The notes under the pieces are model-generated. The model was given only the letters and a program-made list of their open reading frames with translations, did not search any database and had not been told where the DNA came from. From positions 1 through 34,946 of IMG/VR virus record IMGVR_UViG_3300037760_000125: 34,946 nucleotides of DNA. One strand, written 5' to 3'. Source of the stretch: a virus. Taxonomy: Duplodnaviria > Caudoviricetes. This document shows, piece by piece, positions 25,789 to 33,661 of this stretch; position 1 is the first letter of the stretch; the number at the start of each line of letters is the position of its first letter. The translations under genes and the position numbers were made by a program.

Positions 25789-27337
25789 CGCGAAGCGGGT
25801 CGAGTGCCCGATCTGCACGAAGGATGTCGCTGTGACGAAGGCCGGGACGCTCCGAGCGCACCGCAACCACGGCGACTCGTGCCCCGCCTCCGGTCTCACC
25901 CCCGGCGACGCCACCCGTGCGGCCGAGGTGACCGTGGCCCCGTCCCCGGCTGACGTCGAGCCGGCGCCGGTCGAGCGGGGCGAACTGGTGCAGCGCACCG
26001 AACTGGTCCACGACCAGGCGATCGAGTCCGCGATCGAAGCCGCCGCCGAGGCCGCGCTGTCCATGCCCGGCGTCCCCGGCCGCGACGAGTTCCTGCAGCT
26101 CGCCGTGACCGCCCGCATGCTGTCGATGTCGGGGGCGGCGCCGAAGCTGATCCGGGGGAACCCGCACCTTGCGTTCCACGTCGCGCTGGTCGGCCGGGAC
26201 CTCGGGATCTCCCCATCGGCGGCGTTGGAACTGATCGACGTGCTCGACATCCCAGGGCAGGGCCCGCGCCTGTCGCTGTCGCCGCAGCTCATGAACGGCC
26301 AGCTACGCCGGCTCGGCCTCGGGTCGGTGAAGCCCCTCAAGCGCACGATGACCGAGGCCATCGCCGGGGCTTACGACCCCGAGGGCGTGTTGATGGGCGA
26401 GTCCGAGTTCACCTGGGAAGACGCCGTGGTCGCCGGGCTCGCCGACAAGCGGTGCAAACCGAACGTGCACTGGGTGCCAAACAGCGGCAACGGGAAGTGC
26501 GATTGCCGTCAGGGGTACCGCGCTTGGCCGAAGCGGATGCTGTGGTGGAGAGCAGCAGGGTTCTGCGCGGATGACTATTTCCCGGAGGCCGGGCTGGGCT
26601 TGTACTCGCCGGAGGCGCTCGGGGCGATGGTCGATGAGCACGGCCGCCCGGTCGACCCCGCCACGGTGGCGCTCCCCGACGGGTACGACCCCGGCGGGAA
26701 CGGCGCCACGAAGGGTCTCCCCCCGGCGGACGAGCGTGCCGACGGCGCCGAGCTGTGGGCGTTGCAGGCAAGGGCGTTCGCTCTCCCCGACGATCACAAG
26801 CGGGAGCTGCGCCAGCGCCGCGAGCAGACACCCGCGCTGCGCACCGACGCCGGGGTCATCCCGTTCTGGCAGCTCCCCGACCGTGGGCTGCGGATCGCCA
26901 AGTCGCTCGTCGCCGGGCTGGAGTCGAGGGCCGAGCGGGAGGTAGACGGCTGGGACCGGGCCGAGGCGCTCGACGCCGTCGGCCGGCACCTTGCCGGGCT
27001 GCTCGTCGGCGCGATGGCATCGAGGTTCGGCCACCCGGCCGAGGCGCCCACAGGCCCTCAGAGCGCCCAGGCGCCGACCCCGCCCCCACAGGACCCGGAA
27101 CCCGCTGGGGACGCTCCTGCGGCCACACAGCCCCCTGAGACGGGCGAGCAGGCCGACACGGTCGACCCGGAGCTGCGTGCGAAGGTCGAAGCGGAGGTGA
27201 CCGCGCTGTCGGTCGCCGACGTCGAGACCGAACTACGCGACGTCCACAAGGTCGACACGGCCGGGCTGAACCCGCCCATGATGCGGGCCCGGCTCGTGAT
27301 GGCCGAACTCGACAAGCGGAAGCGCCTCGGTGTCTGA
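25781..27337 (+). CDS. RecT-like ssDNA annealing protein with N-terminal Zn finger
   Basis: GRDLGISPSAAL, FTWEDA..AGL, YRAWPKRML..RA....FPE...GLYSPE; CPIC...H...C N-terminus. Confidence 0.8.
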   Translation: MADAKRVECPICTKDVAVTKAGTLRAHRNHGDSCPASGLTPGDATRAAEVTVAPSPADVEPAPVERGELVQRTELVHDQAIESAIEAAAEAALSMPGVPGRDEFLQLAVTARMLSMSGAAPKLIRGNPHLAFHVALVGRDLGISPSAALELIDVLDIPGQGPRLSLSPQLMNGQLRRLGLGSVKPLKRTMTEAIAGAYDPEGVLMGESEFTWEDAVVAGLADKRCKPNVHWVPNSGNGKCDCRQGYRAWPKRMLWWRAAGFCADDYFPEAGLGLYSPEALGAMVDEHGRPVDPATVALPDGYDPGGNGATKGLPPADERADGAELWALQARAFALPDDHKRELRQRREQTPALRTDAGVIPFWQLPDRGLRIAKSLVAGLESRAEREVDGWDRAEALDAVGRHLAGLLVGAMASRFGHPAEAPTGPQSAQAPTPPPQDPEPAGDAPAATQPPETGEQADTVDPELRAKVEAEVTALSVADVETELRDVHKVDTAGLNPPMMRARLVMAELDKRKRLGV

Positions 27338-27533
27338 CACCGAGCTGCTACCCGACCGGCAGGTCGAGGTGCTCCGCATCGTCCGGGCCGCGCCGGGCCC
27401 GATCTCCACCCGGCTCGTCGCGCTCCGCCTGCGGCTGGAAGTCCCGGTGGCGTCGCGGGTCCTGAACCGGCTCGCCGACTTCGGGATCATCGCCTACGAC
27501 ACCGACGCGCAGGGGTGGGTGCACTGTGGGTAG
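27330..27533 (+). CDS. Winged-helix DNA-binding protein
   Basis: LPDRQVEVL...ISTRLVALRL...VASRVLNRLADFGII. Confidence 0.75.
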   Translation: MSDTELLPDRQVEVLRIVRAAPGPISTRLVALRLRLEVPVASRVLNRLADFGIIAYDTDAQGWVHCG

Positions 27534-28101
27534 ACGCCCGCTCGAACCGATCGAGTCGCCCTACGACCACGGCACCGCCTCCTGCTACCGGTACGGGTGC
27601 GGGTGCCGGCCGTGCCTCGACGCCCATTCCCAGGCGCTCCGCGACTACAAGGAACGGCGGGCCGACCAGCTGCAGCTGTTCCCCGACGACCCCACGAAAC
27701 CGGGGCTGCTCGGCGAGCGGAAGCGCCTCCCGCAGATGCCCCCCGGGGTCGACCTCTCGGCGGTCGCTGCTGCGCTCGCTGATCCCGACCCGCACTGGGC
27801 GAACCGGGCCCGCTGCAAGGGCAACCAGCGGATCTCCGACGTGTTCCACGAGGTCGTCGTCGTCCAGATCCGCCACGACGGCACGAAGGCGTACAGCGCC
27901 CCCGGCGACTTCGTCCCGGAGGGCTACCAGCGATGGTGCGCCGGCTGCCCCGTGTGGGCCGAGTGCATCGCCGACGCGCTCCGGGTCGAACGGATCGGCC
28001 CCGGCCTGACCAGCTACCGCGCCGGGTTCTGGGGATCGACCCCAACCCAGCGAAAGAACATCGACGCCGCCCTGGCCACCCTGGAGGTCGCAGCATCGTG
28101 A
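27526..28101 (+). CDS. WhiB-family protein with extra N-terminal Cys/His domain
   Basis: WANRARCKG...CAGCPVWAEC...GFWGSTPTQR; N-terminal HGTASCYRYGCGCRPC. Confidence 0.8.
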   Translation: MGRRPLEPIESPYDHGTASCYRYGCGCRPCLDAHSQALRDYKERRADQLQLFPDDPTKPGLLGERKRLPQMPPGVDLSAVAAALADPDPHWANRARCKGNQRISDVFHEVVVVQIRHDGTKAYSAPGDFVPEGYQRWCAGCPVWAECIADALRVERIGPGLTSYRAGFWGSTPTQRKNIDAALATLEVAAS

Positions 28102-28784
28102 ACAGTCCCCTGACCGACGACCTGACCGACCCGATCGACGACGACGCCCTCGACACGTGGGTCGAACGCACCATGTTCGACGACAACACCGCACCCGAGA
28201 TCGCGGCGAAGGTCGAACCGCAGGCCCACTCGCATCCGCTGCACGGCTGGCGGCCGGCCAGCCAGGATCAGGCCGAGTGGGCGATGGCCCGGCTCGTCGA
28301 GATCGAACGCGAGCTACGCAAGATCCGCGTCGACCACGACGAGTGGGCCGACCGCGTCGAGCAGTCCAGGCGCAGCGCTACCCGAGGCCTTGAGTACCGG
28401 TCCCGGTTCTTCACCGAAGCGCTCCGCGGGTATGGCATCACGTGGCGCGAAGAGGCCCCTGACCTGCGCGGGACGTTGCATCTCCCGTCGGGGGTCGTCG
28501 AGACGACCGTGCCGCGCAAGCCTGTCGTGCAGTTGGTCCCCGCCCGCCGCGGCGAGCTGGTCGCGTGGCTGCGGGAGCAGGACGCACAGCGGGTCACCGC
28601 GGCGAAGGCGCTCAAGGTCCCCGACCCGGAGCCGTTGATCTCGGGGGTCCGGAAGCTGGTCGAGGTCGTCGCCGATGACGGCGACTGGGTCGTCGTCGAC
28701 CCCGCCACCCGCGAGGTCGTGCCCGGTGTGCAGGCCCTCCCGCCCGGCCCGACCACCGCCACACCGAAACCGCACCTGCCGTAG
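28098..28784 (+). CDS. Mu Gam-like host-nuclease inhibitor
   Basis: AEWAMARL coiled coil, FFTEALRGY, TLHLPSGVV; GTGA coupling. Confidence 0.7.
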   Translation: MNSPLTDDLTDPIDDDALDTWVERTMFDDNTAPEIAAKVEPQAHSHPLHGWRPASQDQAEWAMARLVEIERELRKIRVDHDEWADRVEQSRRSATRGLEYRSRFFTEALRGYGITWREEAPDLRGTLHLPSGVVETTVPRKPVVQLVPARRGELVAWLREQDAQRVTAAKALKVPDPEPLISGVRKLVEVVADDGDWVVVDPATREVVPGVQALPPGPTTATPKPHLP

Positions 28785-29143
28785 TGCCGATCCGACCGGA
28801 GAACCGCAGCCGGTACCCCGCCGACTGGTCGAAGATCAGCGAGCGCATCCGATTCGGGCGCGCCAGCGGGCGATGCGAGTGCGAGGGGGAGTGCGGCCGT
28901 GGTCACGTCGGGCGCTGCGACCGGCGCCACGGCGACCGGCTCGGCCTGGAGATCGACAGCCCCACCGTCGTGCTGACCACAGCGCATCTGAACCACACCC
29001 CCGAGGACTGCCGCCCCGAGAACCTCAAGGCCATGTGCCAGGGCTGCCACCTGCACTACGACCGGGAGCACCACACACAGACCGCCCGGGCCTCACGTGA
29101 GCGCCAGCGGACCGCCAGCATGGATCGCCTGTTCGAGCCCTGA
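28784..29143 (+). CDS. HNH endonuclease-like protein
   Basis: YPADW...RCEC...VLTTAHLNH...NLKAMCQGCHLHYD. Confidence 0.85.
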   Translation: MPIRPENRSRYPADWSKISERIRFGRASGRCECEGECGRGHVGRCDRRHGDRLGLEIDSPTVVLTTAHLNHTPEDCRPENLKAMCQGCHLHYDREHHTQTARASRERQRTASMDRLFEP

Positions 29144-29147
29144 CGCG

Positions 29148-29187
29148 GCGAGTCCCCCGCCCGGGGGCTCCTGGGTGGGGGACTCGC
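29148..29187. terminator. Stem-loop between convergent operons
   Basis: GCGAGTCCCCC ... GGGGGACTCGC. Confidence 0.75.
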
Positions 29188-29224
29188 TGGTTGATCAGCG
29201 CAAGCGACGTTACCGCACAGGTCG

Positions 29225-29929
29225 CTACCCGAGCAGGCTCGCCCAGGTCCGCCGCCCGGCGATCCCGTCGACCCGGAGCCCGTGCTTGGCCTGCCAGTCC
29301 CGGACCACGTGGTTCGTGCGCTCCCCGAAGATCCCGTCCACCTGGATGTGCCCGTACCCGCGGCGCACGAGCTGGCGCTGCCACGCCTTCACCGCGTCGC
29401 CACGGTCGCCCATCTCCACCTGCCCGGGGTACAGCGGCTGCGCGGGGGTGCGGGGCGGGACGTGCGGCACCTGCGGGGTCTTCGCCCCCAGGAACGCCCG
29501 CAGCCTCGCCTCGATCCGGGCGGCGTCGAACTTCGTGCCCATGAACTCGAAGTGCATCGGGTCGGGGACCGACCCCTGGTAGTCGCCGCCCCACCGGAAC
29601 CCGTGGGCCTTCCACATGTTGACCACAGCCCTGGGGATGTTCGTGGTCAGCGGCCGCTTGCGAGGGTTGGTCGGGGCGTTGATGTCGACCGCCGTGCCCC
29701 ACGAGTGGTTCGAGGCCGTCGATGTGCCGGCGATCGGCCTGCACGCGTAGCCCCACGTCCAGTCGGGGCGGACGTTGTAGCCGCGCAGCTCGGTGAGGTC
29801 GAGCAGGATCGCGACCAGCCCGGCGAGATCCTGGTGGATCGGGAGGCGGAGCCCGTCGGAGCGGACGAGGGTCACGATCCGGGAGCGGTCGCAGTTGGGC
29901 CAGCCGGGCCCGAACGAGCGGTCAGCCAT
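29225..29929 (-). CDS. Endolysin: M15 peptidase plus peptidoglycan-binding domain
   Basis: SNHSWGTAVD, RWGGDY...DPMHFE; PGBD DGIFG...WQ...GLRVDGIAG. Confidence 0.92.
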   Translation of the reverse strand: MADRSFGPGWPNCDRSRIVTLVRSDGLRLPIHQDLAGLVAILLDLTELRGYNVRPDWTWGYACRPIAGTSTASNHSWGTAVDINAPTNPRKRPLTTNIPRAVVNMWKAHGFRWGGDYQGSVPDPMHFEFMGTKFDAARIEARLRAFLGAKTPQVPHVPPRTPAQPLYPGQVEMGDRGDAVKAWQRQLVRRGYGHIQVDGIFGERTNHVVRDWQAKHGLRVDGIAGRRTWASLLG

Positions 29930-30107
29930 CGTCGTCGGTCTCCTGCGGGTCCTCGTCGATGAGCACGCCGGCCATGCCGTCGGTGTCGTCGACCTCGTCG
30001 TGGTCGTAGTCGAGGTTCCCGTCTGGGACGTCGACACCGGTGGGCATCGCCGCCTCGTCCTCGTCGCCGAGGGGCTCGGTGAAACTCGAACGCTTCCACT
30101 GGTCCAT
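29922..30107 (-). CDS. Small acidic hypothetical protein
   Basis: AAAGGGAG RBS; D/E-rich, 61 aa. Confidence 0.6.
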   Translation of the reverse strand: MDQWKRSSFTEPLGDEDEAAMPTGVDVPDGNLDYDHDEVDDTDGMAGVLIDEDPQETDDDG

Positions 30108-30132
30108 CGGTGCTCCCTTTGATCGGAGTTGC

Positions 30133-30146
30133 GGTAGCACGCTACC
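30133..30146 (-). promoter_or_regulatory. GGTAG-N4-CTACC palindrome
   Basis: GGTAGCACGCTACC upstream of the acidic-protein/endolysin pair. Confidence 0.75.
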
Positions 30147-30561
30147 CGAGGACGTTCTCTGGTTCAGTGTCACAGATCGCCACCGCGTCCGACCGCAACG
30201 CGCTGACACGCTCCAGTTCGTCGGCGAGCTGGGCGAGACGCTCCGTGTAGAGCTGCACAGCTGGGGTGTCGGCACGGCCCGCCGCAGCCAACGCCAGCGC
30301 GACGGTCACGAAGACGTCCGCCTGCACCCGGCCCACATCAGCGCCGAGCACGTACCGGCAATCGAGCTGCTGCTGCAACAGGTCGTTGTGGTCGCGCTGG
30401 TCATCCAGAGCGACAGCGAGCGCCGACCGGTCGTTGGCCGACGACCGCGCCGAAAGCGCCTGCGTCCCCGACGACACCAGCGCCGACACCGCGAGCCCGG
30501 CCATCGCCCACGCCAGCACCTGCCGGTAGCCGGTGGCCGAGAACCGCTGGCGCATGGTCAC
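30142..30561 (-). CDS. Lysis-cassette membrane protein
   Basis: N-terminal TM, coiled segments, two Cys; between the holin-like gene and endolysin. Confidence 0.65.
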   Translation of the reverse strand: MTMRQRFSATGYRQVLAWAMAGLAVSALVSSGTQALSARSSANDRSALAVALDDQRDHNDLLQQQLDCRYVLGADVGRVQADVFVTVALALAAAGRADTPAVQLYTERLAQLADELERVSALRSDAVAICDTEPENVLG

Positions 30562-30881
30562 GTCCCGTTCCCGCCGGTGCGTTCAAGCTTGGTCAATCTG
30601 TCCTGCAGCAGCTCGTTCGCGTCTTCTAACGCGGCCCGGTCGCGGTGGCAGTCCCTCACGTCGACCCGCAGGCCCCGGACCTCTGCCGTCAGATCCCGCA
30701 CGTCGGCACGGAGGCGGACGATGTCCTCGGCCCTGGCGTCGAGCGACAGCTTGAGCGTCTCGTGCACACCCTGGGCCCGTTCAGCGGACCGGGCCCGCAT
30801 CCCGGCGTAGCCGGCACCCGCACCGGACGCGAGAGTCCCGCAGGCTGCGACCACCGCAGCCAGAGCGGTCGCGTCCACCAC
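30558..30881 (-). CDS. Holin-like TM plus coiled-coil protein
   Basis: Hydrophobic N-terminus followed by heptad repeats; lysis-cassette position. Confidence 0.6.
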   Translation of the reverse strand: MVDATALAAVVAACGTLASGAGAGYAGMRARSAERAQGVHETLKLSLDARAEDIVRLRADVRDLTAEVRGLRVDVRDCHRDRAALEDANELLQDRLTKLERTGGNGT

Positions 30882-31111
30882 TACTCCTGATCGGCGTAAA
30901 CCAGCTCAGTGACCCAGCCGCCTGGGCTGGTCGCCTCGCCGATGGCCGCCAGCACAGCGGCAAGAGTGGTCTCCACTTCGGCGCCCGACGCCACCGGCGT
31001 GACGACCGCGGAGCCGTCCTCGTTGTCGACACCGTGAGCGACAGTGACGACCTCGGTCTGTGCGCCGCCGTCCCAGGGTCGGGTCTGGGTGATCGTGAAC
31101 GGGAGAGCCAC
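30881..31111 (-). CDS. Hypothetical (virion-associated?) protein
   Basis: 76 aa ORF in the tail/lysis operon. Confidence 0.65.
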   Translation of the reverse strand: MALPFTITQTRPWDGGAQTEVVTVAHGVDNEDGSAVVTPVASGAEVETTLAAVLAAIGEATSPGGWVTELVYADQE

Positions 31112-31120
31112 GCCGCCACC

Positions 31121-31879
31121 CTACGCCGCGTCGGCGATGACCGAGGCGATCCAGTCAGCGACCGGTTCGACAGGGGTGTACAGGTTGCCGCCGTGGTCGC
31201 CGTGGCGTTGCAGCCCGATCGCGCCGACCTGCGGGGCGTAGGTCTGGGGGATCGTGGGGGCGATGAACTCGTCTTCGTCGGTCCAGTCGATCCGGCCCCG
31301 TTGCCCGAACGTCGCCAACGCCAGGCGGTTCGCTGCGACGTTGGGGTCGATCGTCGGGTAGGCGGCGACCAGCCCGGCCAGGTTCGTATACGCGGTCTCC
31401 ATCGACGCGGCGAGGCCACCGGGGTTTGCGTCGTGGAACGCCTGGAAACTCACGATCGGGGCGCGTACCCAGTAGCCGACGCACGCGGTCGGGTTCGTCC
31501 ACGCCTGTTGCAGGGCGAGGGTCGAGCCCATCGACTCCCCGGCGGCGAAGAACTTGTCGCCTCGTACCCCGGTGTTGGCAGCGAGCCACGTACGCAGCGT
31601 TGTGAACCGGGTCCGGGCGGTGGTGTTGGCCCACAGGTTGCCACCGAGGTCTGCGGCGACAACGGGGCAGCCGGTCCGCTCGGCGATCATGCCGAGTCGC
31701 TCCCAGTACGGGGCACCGGCGACGACCTGGCAGGGGAACGTGGTGAGGGAGAACCCGTGGCAGAAGATGATCGGGATCTTCCCGCCGGTGCCCTGACCGG
31801 AGGGGTAGATCTCGATCTGCATCTCGCTGGCCTGGTAGGCGCCGATGCGCCGCCACTGCCACGCCGCTGGTGTGGTCAC
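31121..31879 (-). CDS. Alpha/beta hydrolase (esterase)
   Basis: IIFCHG oxyanion motif, GESMG nucleophile elbow, DEFI Asp, GDHG His. Confidence 0.85.
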   Translation of the reverse strand: MTTPAAWQWRRIGAYQASEMQIEIYPSGQGTGGKIPIIFCHGFSLTTFPCQVVAGAPYWERLGMIAERTGCPVVAADLGGNLWANTTARTRFTTLRTWLAANTGVRGDKFFAAGESMGSTLALQQAWTNPTACVGYWVRAPIVSFQAFHDANPGGLAASMETAYTNLAGLVAAYPTIDPNVAANRLALATFGQRGRIDWTDEDEFIAPTIPQTYAPQVGAIGLQRHGDHGGNLYTPVEPVADWIASVIADAA

Positions 31880-31882
31880 CTG

Positions 31883-32302
31883 TCAGGCCCGGGTCGCCCA
31901 GAACTGCGTCGGCACAACGCTGGTAGCGATGATCGATGCGCTCGCGCTCCCGGAGATCTGAGCGCCGCCGAGGATGTAGTCGCCGCCGCTGTTCTCTGGG
32001 AGACGGACGCACGAGAACATCTTGCGTCCCACCTGGACGTCGGTAGCGACCACGCCGTACTCGTGCATCCCGTCGATAACACCGAACTGGTTCGGGACAG
32101 CAGCAGGGGCCATGCCCATCAGGATCGCCCCGGTATGCGCCGTGGTGGTGTAACCCACCAGCGCCTCGAACTGGATGTAGATCGGGACCGGCAGCGACGG
32201 GATGTTCAACCGAAGGATCTCGGTGAGGCTGATCCCGGTCGCTGTGATCGCCAGGTTGCTCGTGAGCTTCGCGTACGCGACCTCGCGAGGGAACGTGTAC
32301 AT
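31883..32302 (-). CDS. Minor tail/beta-sandwich protein
   Basis: Beta-rich 139 aa; ATG 32302 lies 7 nt after TAGGCT. Confidence 0.6.
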   Translation of the reverse strand: MYTFPREVAYAKLTSNLAITATGISLTEILRLNIPSLPVPIYIQFEALVGYTTTAHTGAILMGMAPAAVPNQFGVIDGMHEYGVVATDVQVGRKMFSCVRLPENSGGDYILGGAQISGSASASIIATSVVPTQFWATRA

Positions 32303-32312
32303 GCCGGGCAGC

Positions 32313-32597
32313 CTACGGCACGACCCCGTGCACGTAGCTGGTCCCCGGGCCACCCGACCACACCACCACCCGGGCCCCGATCACCTGGTCCGACGCGTTC
32401 GTGATCGTCGCCGGGGCGAGCGTCCCCGGTGCGTCGTCGGGCTCGAACAGGGCGTCGGCGCCGTCGGCGCCGTTGACGTCGGAGATCACCCCCGAGATGT
32501 ACCGGCCGACGTTGCGGCGGCCCATCGCTGTCTCGATCGACTCGGTGACGATCGCCCGGATCACGTCGAGCTGCGCCGGGGTGAACGGCTCGGCCAT
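32313..32597 (-). CDS. Minor tail protein (OB-fold-like)
   Basis: GVISDV...IGARVVVW...YVHG; follows the hub-like gene. Confidence 0.6.
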   Translation of the reverse strand: MAEPFTPAQLDVIRAIVTESIETAMGRRNVGRYISGVISDVNGADGADALFEPDDAPGTLAPATITNASDQVIGARVVVWSGGPGTSYVHGVVP

Positions 32598-33661
32598 CAG
32601 TACACCAGCCTGACGAGGTGGTTGTGCCGGCCGCCCGAGCGCAGGACCATCGACGACTTCGTTTCCATCCCGGTCTCACCGAACACGACCACCGGATCCC
32701 ACGTGTCGTGGCGCGGATCGAACGGCGAGTCGAACGACCACCACCGGTAGGTCGTGTTCATCGTGACCGCCAAAGCCTTCGCCGCGGCGTCCGCCCTCGC
32801 CTGGGTCTTGAGCCCCGACATCGGCTGGGGGTCGCACACCTCGTAGCCCCGGTTCTCCACCGAGTGCGGCGCGCTCGCGGGGATCCGGTACTCGCCGATC
32901 AGGCTGGTCTGCCCCGACTGCTCGTAGACCCGGAACACGTTCGGGGCGTCGAGCTGATCGTTTGACCGGGCGATCGACCCGTCGATGACCCGGCCGCCGG
33001 CCTCGTACACGAGCGCCGGGTCGACGGTGTCCATGTTCGGCGTAGCGACCAGCTGCAGCACCCCGTCACGGTTGATCCACGGCGGCAGGAACCCGACCAG
33101 CTTCATCAGCTCGGCGAGGATCTGCCGGCGCGACGTCCCGATCGGATGGGTCACTCCGACACCCAGGTCAGCGTCGATCGCGTCGATGTTGACCTCGTCC
33201 TCTGTGAACACGTCCAACGCCAGACCCAGCGCGGCCAGGCCGATGTCGGCGCCCTTCCCGAACCCGATCGTCTGGGCGGTGCCCTGGTTCAGCGCGACCA
33301 TCTTGTCGCTGAGGGTGCTCGCCCGTTCGCTGCCCCACGGCCGGACCGGTTCGGAGTCGGTTGCCCACAGGAACACCCCCAGCGAGAACTCGGCCCCGTT
33401 CTGGAGGATCCCTACGGGCCGGACCCGGTCGGAGAACGTGTCGACGTCAGTCCCCTCCGCCGCGGTCAGGTAGAAGCTGGACAGCACCCTAGGGACCGCC
33501 GCTGACGAGTCGTTGTTGATCGTCGGGGCCCGGTTCATGTCCGGGTGCACCTCGCCGATCACCGTGTTGGTCTGGTCGATCAGCTCGAACCGGAACTGGT
33601 CGGCCCGGCGGCGGACACCGTCGAGATCGAGCAGCTGCGCCGTCGTCGGTGCCCACACCAT
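32597..33661 (-). CDS. Minor tail protein (baseplate hub-like)
   Basis: ATG 33661 coupled; SLGVFLW, WINRDG, PNVF, FDPRHDTWD typical of actinophage minor tail proteins. Confidence 0.7.
   Translation of the reverse strand: MVWAPTTAQLLDLDGVRRRADQFRFELIDQTNTVIGEVHPDMNRAPTINNDSSAAVPRVLSSFYLTAAEGTDVDTFSDRVRPVGILQNGAEFSLGVFLWATDSEPVRPWGSERASTLSDKMVALNQGTAQTIGFGKGADIGLAALGLALDVFTEDEVNIDAIDADLGVGVTHPIGTSRRQILAELMKLVGFLPPWINRDGVLQLVATPNMDTVDPALVYEAGGRVIDGSIARSNDQLDAPNVFRVYEQSGQTSLIGEYRIPASAPHSVENRGYEVCDPQPMSGLKTQARADAAAKALAVTMNTTYRWWSFDSPFDPRHDTWDPVVVFGETGMETKSSMVLRSGGRHNHLVRLVY

Noticed and set aside
30080-30107. WKRSSF as a DUF397 motif
   Set aside because: Lacks the downstream CVEV motif; the remainder is acidic low-complexity sequence
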